From positions 22,940,001 to 23,004,000 of the forward strand of contig CM022673.1 of assembly GCA_012295275.1 (NCBI GenBank): 64,000 bases of DNA. Direction: 5' to 3'. Positions 25,241 to 36,741 of this stretch are shown here, one piece after another. The notes under the pieces were generated by a model. It was not told the origin of the DNA and ran no database searches. It saw only the letters and a list, made by a program, of their open reading frames with translations. The translations under genes and the position numbers were made by a program. Positions within the stretch are counted from its first letter, which is position 1, and every line of letters starts with the position of its first letter. The stretch comes from Chrysomallon squamiferum. Lineage: Eukaryota > Animalia > Mollusca.

Positions 25241-27175
25241 TCACATTCGTTCTGACGATCCACTCTGCAAATAAAATTAAAATTTCTGGTAATCTTTTTA
25301 TCATTATTTAACAATGCAATATATATCTTTTTATAATTTACACATCACATCACAAATTGAAATATAAGAAGCTACGTCTGTCTTTTCAGACATCAAATAA
25401 ATAATCTTTTTTTTCTAAGCATAAGTAAGTAAGTATTGTAATTTAAAATGAAAAGGAAAAATCAATTTTAAAGCATGTAGGTACGTGACTATAGCATATT
25501 TTTTTAAGTTCTTACACATATATTGTAAAATTACTGCAACCTCTTTTTTTAATCTGATAACAAATATTATCTTTAACAAACCACCTCAAGCTCCTGCAGT
25601 GTGCAATGTGATATTTAGCATAAAAGGATATTTAGAATGGTTCGCTTATTAATCAGTGTATGGCATGGTGTGGCATGCATTGTGTGTTCATGTACCTGCT
25701 GCATTCCCCAAGACAGATAATCCCTTGTAGTGGCAGCATGATATTCATCAACCAGCTGTTGGATTACTTCCCTTGAACTGTCAAATTCATCAAGGTTATC
25801 TTTAAAAATGGCTTCTTTCTTGAACTGATCAAGGAAAGCCTCTCGCTTTCTCAGTTTATCAAACTGCCGTAGAGTCCTTTCAAACAACTAAAAAATAAAA
25901 TAATAATTAAAAAGGATGACAATAATACTGGATTGGCAACTAAGTTCCCGTCGTTTTAAAAACACAATAGATTTAAACAAAACGCCAGGAACTTAGTTGC
26001 CAACCCAATATTAAATTATTCAATAATGTTTGTCAATTTTTGCAACAGTTCTGGTTAGTTTTTTTCTTTTGAAATAATAGTAAGAACAATTTCTTGTAGT
26101 TAAGCAGAAACAATATCTATACTTAGGTAACTGGAGCAAAAATTGATGTTTTTCACTTAATGAAAATGAACAAAAAAAAAATAAAAAAAAAAAGTCTTCA
26201 AATCATGAAATAAATTAAGTTGTTGTTATATTACTCATACATTTGAGATGCTTGTGTGATTGGCCAACATTAGCCCACTGACGCGATGAGCTGTCTGGAT
26301 GTATGGTGATTTTCTTGACAGGGCTACTTGTATGCTGGCTGGACCCCAAGGTATGAACTGAGCCAATTTACGTTCTCTAATCCGCTGTAAACTTTTATGT
26401 ACCTAAAGCAATTAATAAAATAATATTTTAAAATTATAATTATTATTACAGAAAATCAAATTCAAAAATTTGAGGTTTTCACCTTCTGTGATATGACAAT
26501 CACAACTCTTCTAAAACATAACATAAAAATTATTTTTACATCAACAAAAATTAACTTTGCTGTTAGAAAATTAACAGACAAACCTGTGTTGGGTCAACCT
26601 CCCCCTGAATGATGTTTAGAATGGAGATGTAGCAGTGGTTGGCAGATCGCTGTTGTACTGTGGAGACCATCATGTTTTTGGGTTGCAGTAATCTTCTCAT
26701 CACATCAAGCACTGTTGTTTTTCTCACATTAGCCACCTGGAAAAATATGAAATTAGGATAATTAACAGTCTTTAACATATTATTCATAATAATCACTGAG
26801 AGAAATGAATTAACAGTATCATCATGTGAAATATTTAAGTGCATTGGTCATTTTGGTTTAAGTAATATTGTAAATTCTTAAAACTTCATTCTCTTGCAAA
26901 CAGCATGATTTTTTTTTAATTATGTATCTAAATTTGCACACCTGAGAATCTGTTGTCAATGGTGTATATCCAGTCATTAGAAAATGCAGTCTTGGGGTAG
27001 GGATGAGAGACGCTATCAGTCCAATAAGATCATTGTTCATGTAACCAGGATAACGAAGAGTTGCTGTGCTGGTTGCCATTACAGTGGAAACCTAAAGATT
27101 TGATATTCAGATATTCACATCTGTTTAAACATACAAAAATGAAGTATGACATGAAACTTATGTAACAAAATACAT

Positions 27176-27214
<39 letters not shown>

Positions 27215-29181
27215 AAATGACTGATGTTTAAAACATAAGTATTTGCATTTGTTTAATGCTGATAATTAAATTACATAATTTCTATTGAAAAAATGCTAAA
27301 TTCAGTAGTTCAAACAATATAATAACATAATAAATTCATAAAGTAAAAAAAGCAATTCAGTATTTATTAAACATATCAAAATAAATTTTAATTTAGATAC
27401 TGGACTGTAATGAAATAAACCCCAAAACAAACTTTTCTTAAAAACTATTTTTATGTTTCTAGTCTCACCAGCTGGTTAATCTGGGCAAATGAAGGAGTTT
27501 CGATGTGAAGTCTGTCTGCAGCAATACGATGGAGAGCTGTGTTATCCAATACAACCTGAAATAGACATAATTTATTTTCTGTAAAATTGATAATTCTTTG
27601 ATTAATCATATCTTAAAAAAAATAAAAACCACTGGGGTTAAAAGGAAGATATTTAGCAGAAAGCACTGAATTAAAGCATGCACTAAATGGCAAAATGCAA
27701 AAACATTAATAAATCACTGAGTGAACATAAAGTAACTGATAATCACCACACAGTCAGCATTCTGTGTTAATCTTTTCAGTGTGAGCAGAGAATTGTAGGG
27801 TTGTACAACAACATCAGAGATCTCCTCCAAGTTTGGAAACACTGAGTATGTCTGAATTAGCTTTTTGGGAAATCTGAATAAAAATAAAATATTATCCATC
27901 ATATTAAACTTATTTCAACATTAATATCCCAATTTTAACTAACTACCACAAAATAGAATTAAAAGGGTAATTAATTATCTAATAATAGCAATTTAAATAA
28001 TAGTAGTACTACAAAGGATCAAATTATACAGAGTTAGTTCTTCCATATTAAAACTAAACCTTAGAATGTAATAAACTTACCTATCATTAAGTCGTTCCAG
28101 CAGATATGAGCCCATACCAGACCCAGTACCACCAGCAATAGAATGACAAAGAACAAACCCCTACAATCATTTAAATCATGTATTAACTTTCAACCTGAAT
28201 AACATACTTTTTAAATGACTTAAAGACCAAAATTATTTCTAAATTAAAAAAATATATATTTATAGATCATTATTAAATGCATGAATTAATTTTTAATTTT
28301 TAACATATATTTCAATAATTTTCCATTCAACAATATTAATGAATTTGCATCAAATCTTTCTCTTCTATTTGTTTGCCTGTTATTAAATATACATAATGCA
28401 GATAGTAAAATTATAGCTGGATAACAAAGTTGCCTTAAATTTTTTGCTACCAATCAAGTATTAAATATCAATGTAAATGAATTAAAACATGTGAAAACAA
28501 TAACCTCAAGACTGTCACTACCATCTGCTTCTCGATCAACAATGTCAAATACATCTTCATACAATCTTTCAGCCTAAAAACATATAAATAACAGATTTCT
28601 GTTTAGTTTTAATTTATAAATATCTACTGCAGTTCAGATCAGCATGAAAAATAATGTGTTAAATGATAAAATTACTTTTCCAACAACAGACAGTTTTGTA
28701 CAACATAAAAAAGAAATTGAAAAAAGAAAAGGCGTTGTGTTGTAAACAATACTGCTAACACAAAAAAGCAACCAAGAAGTCAAATCAGAATCAGGCATTG
28801 ATGTTTTAAAGAAATTGCCTATCCTTTGAAAATATTTACTTTTCACTGAATGTCAAAATCTGCTGGATCATACAAAAATAAATAACAAAATGAAATAATA
28901 TTGAAACAGGAAAATTCAAGAAGTAAATAGAAATTTAAAATTAGTTACAAAACAGAAATTTCTGCAAAAAAACCTGTGTGTATCCACTGGCCCAGTTGTT
29001 TCCTGCCCCTCCTCCATGTTTGGAGAGGTAGACATTCTCTGGATTGTACAGATTAGCATATGGAGAGTTCAGTATGGAGTTAATAACTCGAGGCTCCAGA
29101 TCAAGGAGAACTGCACGAGGAATATAGTGTTCATCATCTGCCTGTAATTATAAACTGATTTTACTCCCATGACTCTCTCTA

Positions 29182-29274
<93 letters not shown>

Positions 29275-30763
29275 TTGAATTACATTATTTGGTTTTCTAT
29301 CTCAAAACAAGTCTAAATTATTAATACTAATGATTATAAAAAAGATTGTATGAATGATGAATGAATAATTGATACAAAATATTGTAATCAACTATTTGGA
29401 TATTAGGTTTCCAATATATGTTTTGCTAGGAAAATATGGAGAGAAAACCTGGTAGCTAATATTGTCATTTAATTGAAAAACAATGAGTTAGCAAGGGAAA
29501 CAAACTACAGCCTTTGATAAACCAGTTCAAGAATACTGGCTGGTATGAGAAAGATCTAAGTTTAATATGTAATACATTCTTTACTACCTCTAATTTGCTG
29601 CCTACCAAAAACAACAAAACACTATATTTAAAAAGAAAAAATACCTGATAGAAAAAAACATCTTTTCTGTCTGTTCCTTCTGTGGCATATTCTTCTAAAA
29701 TTCCCTCTAACAAGTAAAATAAAATTAAACAATAACAAGGGGGGAAAATTGATAAAAAAACCCACAAAAGACTGCAGTAAATAGCTTTATCACGATAAAT
29801 TATAAATGCATGCATTATGAAAATTTTAATTATTTGTGAAGCTCAGATAAATCAAATTAAACCACAGAAATATTAAAATACAAGCACAAATGCATTAGAT
29901 ATATTATTAAATCATAAAATTATTATTTCAATCCATTACTGTAAAGTATGATTATGGGAAGCCTAAATTATAATGTCTGTGTTTATCTATATCTGGTTAT
30001 TTACCTGGACTGATTCCATGTTCAGCACAGAGTTGTTTCCAAAATTCCATTCCAACTATTCAAAAACAATAAAATGTGCTATTAATAAAAAAAATGTGTA
30101 AATGTACATTGGTTATTGCTGTAGTATGACTGACAAAAAGCAAAAATCGGATAATTTCGCGTTTTTGACAACCAAATGTGAGATCAGTTTCATAGAACTT
30201 TGTCATCTCTGAAGTACAGAATCTGAGAATCATAGAATGATAACAAAATATTGAGTAAAACCTAAATTACAAGTTTTCTGAAACCTGTGAGAAATAACTT
30301 CAGTAATTTAAATCATGCTGGTTTTGGTAAATCAAGTTTGGAGCTGTAACTTATTAACTATTGTATTGAACTAATAACTCATAAAATGATAAATGGACTA
30401 ATACTACTAGTAGTAGTACTAGTAGTAGTACTAGTACTAGTACTTATAGCTGATCACATGAAAGGAAATTGTTATTATGATCCAGCCCTCTCCTTCAATC
30501 TTTGTCATGATTATCATATACTGTTTATAAATTATATTAATATTAATAATAGTTTATATAGATCCTGTAGGTATAAATATTTAGTTAATAGTAATATAGT
30601 TATTTAGTATCGTAAGTATGGGGTGAGACCGTTTGTGTTAAAAGTGATTAAAAAGTTTGATATTACAAATTCACAAGCTAAAATACAAGCTTCTTATAAT
30701 ACAGTATTACGCACTCTGATTGCCACATTGGCCAAGTTGGAGAGTGATAATTTCTCGAGGCAT
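25241..30763 (-). CDS. TUBG1: Tubulin gamma chain, 13 exons, 457 aa
   Basis: Exons 30763-30715, 30055-30005, 29706-29645, 29141-28974, 28573-28505, 28160-28081, 27873-27747, 27555-27469, 27091-26942, 26736-26584, 26402-26241, 25887-25696, 25264-25241 join in phase (1374 nt). Motifs: [76 protein letters not shown]. The last micro-exon (SGSSERM*) is less certain. Confidence 0.97.
25928..26008. mobile_element. 81-bp Tc1/mariner-derived MITE (MADE1-like architecture) with TA target-site duplication
   Basis: Imperfect terminal inverted repeats ctggattggcaactaagttcccgtcgtttt / aaaacgccaggaacttagttgccaacccaa, flanked by TA at 25926-27 and 26009-10. The TIR start TTGGGTTGGCAACTAAG resembles mellifera-subfamily mariner ends (from memory). 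Confidence 0.8.
29183..29268. repeat. (AC)43 microsatellite in TUBG intron 3
   Basis: Direct reading. Confidence 0.97.
30404..30443. repeat. Quasi-palindromic (TAG/CTA)n simple repeat
   Basis: tactactagtagtagtactagtagtagtactagtactagtac. Confidence 0.8.
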
Positions 30764-31266
30764 TTTTATACGAATTTATAAAGCTGTTCTGTCTTGAATA
30801 TGGCGGTAGAATTGTATGATTGTATAAATTTATGATTTTAACGGAATACGGAACGAGCTCAGCTCAAATAGTTTCCGAAGAACGTCTATGGTTATTACTA
30901 ATTCTAAAATAAAAAGAAAGGAGAAATAACTTTATCAGTAAAAGTACTGATACTGAAATGGTAAATATATTTTTATATATAGATTTTTATTTCGCTTTAA
31001 ATGATTTTGAATAGTTCCTAATTCTCGTTATTTGTATTCGGATATCTTCGTTTAATTTCGAAAGTTTCCGGACGAATTAGGAATGTAAAAAAAAAAAAAA
31101 GTCTCAACTAGAACCTCGTTTTTGTTCCGCTCTTTTCAATCCTATTGCTATGCACAAATATCAGTCTACACTTTTCCGAGCATGACGTCACACCAAAACA
31201 AAAATATAGAATGGTGGTGTGAATAGGTGACACTGACACTTGTCAGACTGAAAAGTATAGGTCAGG
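30764..31266. promoter_or_regulatory. Bidirectional promoter shared by gamma-tubulin and FAM134/RETREG
   Basis: 503 bp between divergent ATGs and CpG-enriched. YY1-like aatatggcgg (30797-30806), ETS-like ttccgg (~31046) and a perfect CRE TGACGTCA (31183-31190). Confidence 0.75.
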
Positions 31267-34178
31267 ATGGACACCACGGATATGACAGAAATGGACAGCA
31301 ATTTAAAAGAAACCGAAGATAACATAATAGATGTATTAGGACCAATTGAACCCCTTGTTATGCGAACTCAAAGTCTTCTTGTATGGGAATTTCCAAGGAG
31401 AAGTGCCTTGATGTTTATTTGCGTACATTTGTTGTTTTGGTGTGTACTCCGACTTTTTTTTTATTTAGATACTTTTTTCTTCTTTTTGTTTTTGTTTTTT
31501 TGGTGCTTCTTTTTTTGCCTACACGACAAAATAATTCCGCATGATAAATGCAGAAACTGCGCAATTTACTATGTTATAATTATATAAGTTACACCACATC
31601 ACACTGAAAATATTAGAAATATTATATTCAGTATTCAATCTGTATTGTATATATATGGATACTGGTATAGTGACATAATCCCACCATTAATATTAATTTT
31701 TGCCGAATATTTATAAAAGTAATAACTGTAATACTGAATATATTGTATATATTTGAATGATTTGAAATTAATTTTTATTTTACAAATAATTACATTTAAA
31801 ATTTAAACTTTTACATTTCTGTCACATCATACTTTTATAGCATCATGAGATCTAAATGAAATTAATGTTTGTTAATTAAAAGAAGAAATAGTGTCATTGA
31901 AAACATCAGTAATAAACTGACAAATGAAATAATTACTCAGATTCAAATAATTATATTATATATATAAAATAAAAATAAAAATTGTCCTTTTGAAATATGG
32001 CATAAATAAACAACATATCTAAGTATTCATTTTAAGTTTCTCCAGTAGTAAATATTTAATATTAATTGATTAATCAAGTTTCTAAAAGAAAGTGTCAAAC
32101 CAATTAACTTCCTAACACTTTCAGTCGATAGAGACAAACACAGTACTATGCATTCCAATTACATTTGCAAGAAACAAGAAAATTTGTTGTAATTTAAGCA
32201 GTAAGGTATGAAAAAAAATGTTTAATATAAATATCATGTCAAAACGAGAAAAATTCAAGTGAAAAAAAGGCAAAGTGTTTTAATGAGGCAAAAATGAAAC
32301 TAGTTTATTTGACTTATATTAATCTGTCATAGTAAAGAATAAAATAAAAAATATAATTTCATCTTTGCTGCTACATATTTAACAATTGTGTTGATGATTA
32401 ATTATTGGCTACATGTTAAGTCAGTTGTTTTTCTTGTGTGGTTTTTATACATGGTCATTTTTAAAAATAATTTTTATATCATGTTTAATATATTTCAGGT
32501 TTTTAACACTGACATCACTGAAGTTCTATTTTATAATTTCGGCAGCATGTATTGTTATATTTTTTGTGGACACATGGAAAAAGAAAATATGGCCAGAAAT
32601 TCGAGGTATTTCCTTATTAATTATTTAATTAAAATACAAAATAATGTTTAATTACTTTACAATATATATCTGTGAATTTCTTTTCATATTATATGAAGAT
32701 TAACCAGTTTTGCCATATTAAGCAGAATTGGTGGAAATGTAATCCAGAATAGTTTTTCTGTTATGAAGAAGTAGAAAATTTTAAGATAAATCAGAATCAT
32801 TAAATTTTAAATTTTAATATAATTATATAACTTAAAATAGTTTTTCCTTTTTTTCAGTTCCTCCACCAGTTCCTGAAGATGTAGATGGGTAAATGCTTTA
32901 GTTAGATATATATTTTATACAAATGATAACAGAACTGAAATTCTGTACATACATATACTTTACATATATATTTGTAATTTATGTATTTTAAATTCTCAAT
33001 TTCATGCATTGTATATACAAGATTTTGAGACACAATATCTTTGCTACTTATTCCCTTATGAAAATTAAATAATTTTCTGACATAATATCTGTTCTTTACT
33101 GAAATCATGGATGTTCCAGAATAACATTAAATTTTTAAAATCAAATTCTTTGAAGAGACTTATTTATTCAAATATATTTTTTGGTTTAAACTGAACCTTC
33201 ATATTTTCTGTATACTATATTATTTAATCTATATATTATATCATTTATGTCTGGAAATAAGCAAATCATTTTTCAGACTTTAACAGTCTCTGACTTAATC
33301 TGCATATAATCAAGCATATACTGAATGACAGCCAATTTAATCATGTAAATACTTAATTCTTGATTATTACTGGAAGGCAATTAACCCTTATAATAATCAT
33401 AACTCTTTTCTACATTACCAAGTTTACTTTCTGATTTGGTTTCATTTAAAACTGGCATATATCTATTGATGTCATACTCTGACAGTTATATCAAGTATTG
33501 CTTTTAAGAATTTATTCGCACTGAATATCATTTATATTTATTAAATCACTCTAAAGTATGTCAGTTTTCATAAATTCTTAACATTGGTATGAACAACATA
33601 TTCAAATTAAGCCATTTCTTTCAGCTTTCAAAGTCAGAATGGTCACAACTTAAACCATAGAAATGGGTCACAGTCCAGTAAACTAAGAAATCTCCTTTTG
33701 AAAATAGCATAGAAAAGAAATCTTATTTAACACAATGCAATTTGTACTTGATAAGCTTTGAAGCCCAAGGCTTTTCGTCACCTCTTAAAGGTGATGCACT
33801 AAATATGAGATTCAACTGCATTGTTCCTAAATGAAATTATTTAATTTTTGATGCTTTATAGGACATTACCAAGCTGAAAATGTTATTATTTTAAACTTAC
33901 TTTGTTATATAATTTGTTTTGTAGATGGACGCCTGTACATCCAAGATTACTAAGTGTTCCAGAAATAGCACATATTCTTGCACAGATATGGCAAACATTT
34001 ATTTCCTTCTGCTACGAATGCCGGATGCTTAGAAGAAATAACCCGAAGAAAGTATGAAACTGATCAGCAGTGTTGGATATAAGATCATTATTTAAAAATA
34101 AAATAAACATTTTTATCTTATATTACTGTATATTTTCCAGACATTTCACAATGACAAGAATACTGTAGGTTTAATAAT

Positions 34179-34230
<52 letters not shown>

Positions 34231-34487
34231 TAATAATAATAAAATAATATAATAATAATAATTTATGAATAAAACAAAATATAATACTGCTGATACACTT
34301 ACATATGCACAAATCTGAATGAGCACAAATTCAGTGTTTTATATTTGTGCACATCTCATTTTGTTCATATCTCTCTATATTGCTAATATAGATGTTTTTT
34401 TCAACATCACTCTTCCCCTTTGTACTTTCTTCCCAAATCCTTCCTGAAGTTCACAAACCTCTGTTGTCACACAAATATACACAGATA

Positions 34488-34525
<38 letters not shown>

Positions 34526-36741
34526 CAGAAAGAAAGAAAAAAAGGAAGAAATAAAGATGGTTTGTTGGTTGGATGGATGGATAACTTATACACTTTAAAT
34601 ACAGTTCCTAATGAAATCCATTTTATTAACATAAAGAAATTATTTTATTTTTAATTGTTATTTTAATTTTTCGTTTGTTTTCAGTTTAATATTTGCAGTT
34701 CACTATTCTTCCTGTGCCTGCTGCTTGTTGCTCAGTATGTTTCAGGAATCATGTTATCTTATGTGCTAGGTGAGACTAATTTGATTCCAGTCATCCATGT
34801 ATATAGTAGAGAATTCTAGCAATAAATAACATATAATATTGTATTAACAAATTTTTTAATATGTCAGGTATTTCTTTCTGTTTGTTTGTACTTTAACGGT
34901 ACATATTATTTGAATTATTTTTCTATTTTAAGTTATGAGCATAATGCTGTGGCCTGCAGTTATTTATCACAACCTTCTGAAGAAAGCCTATCTGAAAATG
35001 GAACCCGCCTTCATGCGACTGGATTATTATTTGAAACAACAGATGAACAAAGCTATTCCAGGTAAAATGGCATTGTTACAAAGCATATTGTGTTGTGCCA
35101 TTAGATTCTCCAGTAAGAACTAAATGTTAAAAAAATTCAAATTAATAACATTTAAAGTATGTCCTAATGTGACAAATTCAAAGTTCTCAGTTGTTGTAGT
35201 TGTGAAAATATATAGAAAATTGTGTCTGCCTTGAAGCTTAATTAAATGATTTTATAATAATATGGGCCTTTTTCAATGGAAATTCAGATACAATGTCAAT
35301 GCTGAAAACAAAATAATATATTTATATCTTTGAAAAATGTGAAATACTCCATAAATACATATAATAAAAATATTGTTAATCAAACACACATACAAATATA
35401 TATACATTTACATATTCATGTATACATAGACACACAGCCAGACATTTAAATTAATGAAAATGTTTTATCTTTTGAACTAAAAGTATTCAATAACCAATAA
35501 AATACAGGGATCATTTTTCATTTTTTGTTTCAGTATTAACACGTAGAGCAAGAACAGATGATGATCAAGTGTCAGCACCTAAAACTTCCATGGAGGATGA
35601 AGACTTTTGTCCATCTGTTAGTGCTGAAACAATTGCTCTCCTGGCTCGGGCCATAACAGACAGTGAGGATGAAAGTGGCACACCTTCCTTGCCTACACCA
35701 GGGATGTCCAATCAGCCTTCATTGGAAAACAGTGACAATGGTATTACTAGCTACAATTACACTTTATTATTACTTGATCTGTCATCAGTAGCAGTAAATA
35801 ATTCTTTGATGTATTTCAGTTTAAATTTATTCTTAACAAATTGATAGATGGATCAAAAGAGATGAAGTTCTTTTGGACAAAATTCACTGTTATTTCAAAA
35901 TTAGGAAAAAAAATAAATACAATTCTTTTTCTTATCTTTTTTTAAAAATTAATAATACTAATAACAAAAACATGTATAACTGTATTTAAGGATAAAGTTT
36001 ATAACATTTTGAGGTTTCAGTTAACACTGGATTTCAGGGAAAAGAAAATACACATGAAAAAACAAAAATGAATAAAAATATACAACCTCTATATTTCAAA
36101 TGCTTTATACCATATGCATTTGTGATACATTTTGAATGCAGTTTGACCCAAAGACTTAATTATACAATAGAACATTATATATATATAAAATACAATTTTC
36201 TTTTTCAGAAGAAACCGGAGATTTCAGTCTTCCTCTAGACCGAATGCCCTCGTATGATGACCTTGACCAGACTGATGATGACCTGGATGAACCTGACAAT
36301 AAACAAAATAAGATGAATTTCATTCCTTCACATTTTAGTGATGATTCCGATTCTGAAGATGAAGACACACTATCAAAGGACCTCACTTTTCCTGATGTAA
36401 CTGAAATCCAGAAAGAAAGTCCTTCCCAGTCTAATACAGCTCTTTCAAATCTAACCAGCAATCTTGTCAGTCAAACGTTGTCCTCAATGATGCAGTCAGC
36501 TCTGCACCGAGTGGCCAATGTTGGTGACCTGTCTTCTCCAGCTTCGTCTTCCAGTCGCAGGATTGGTACTCATTCCCGAATCACATACACAAAAACAGAA
36601 AGAGGTGAGAGTCTTGATCTTATTGACCAAGACGGAGATGATACAATTGAAGAGGAAGATGAAAATGTTGGAGCAGAAGTCGAAATAGCTAAAGATTTTG
36701 ACTTTTTGGAAGATTTTGATCCAGGAGAATCTAGCAGTTAG
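31267..36741 (+). CDS. RETREG3: Reticulophagy regulator (FAM134/RETREG family, most like RETREG3), 8 exons, 463 aa
   Basis: Exons 31267-31439, 32499-32605, 32858-32888, 33925-34051, 34685-34769, 34933-35061, 35534-35740, 36209-36741 join in phase (1392 nt). Reticulon-homology motifs [55 protein letters not shown]. Acidic tail with LIR-like DFDFL (core 36697-36708). Confidence 0.9.
34173..34262. repeat. (AAT)n microsatellite
   Basis: Direct reading. Confidence 0.95.
34488..34540. repeat. Compound (AGAT)/(AGAC)/(AGAA) microsatellite
   Basis: Direct reading. Confidence 0.9.
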
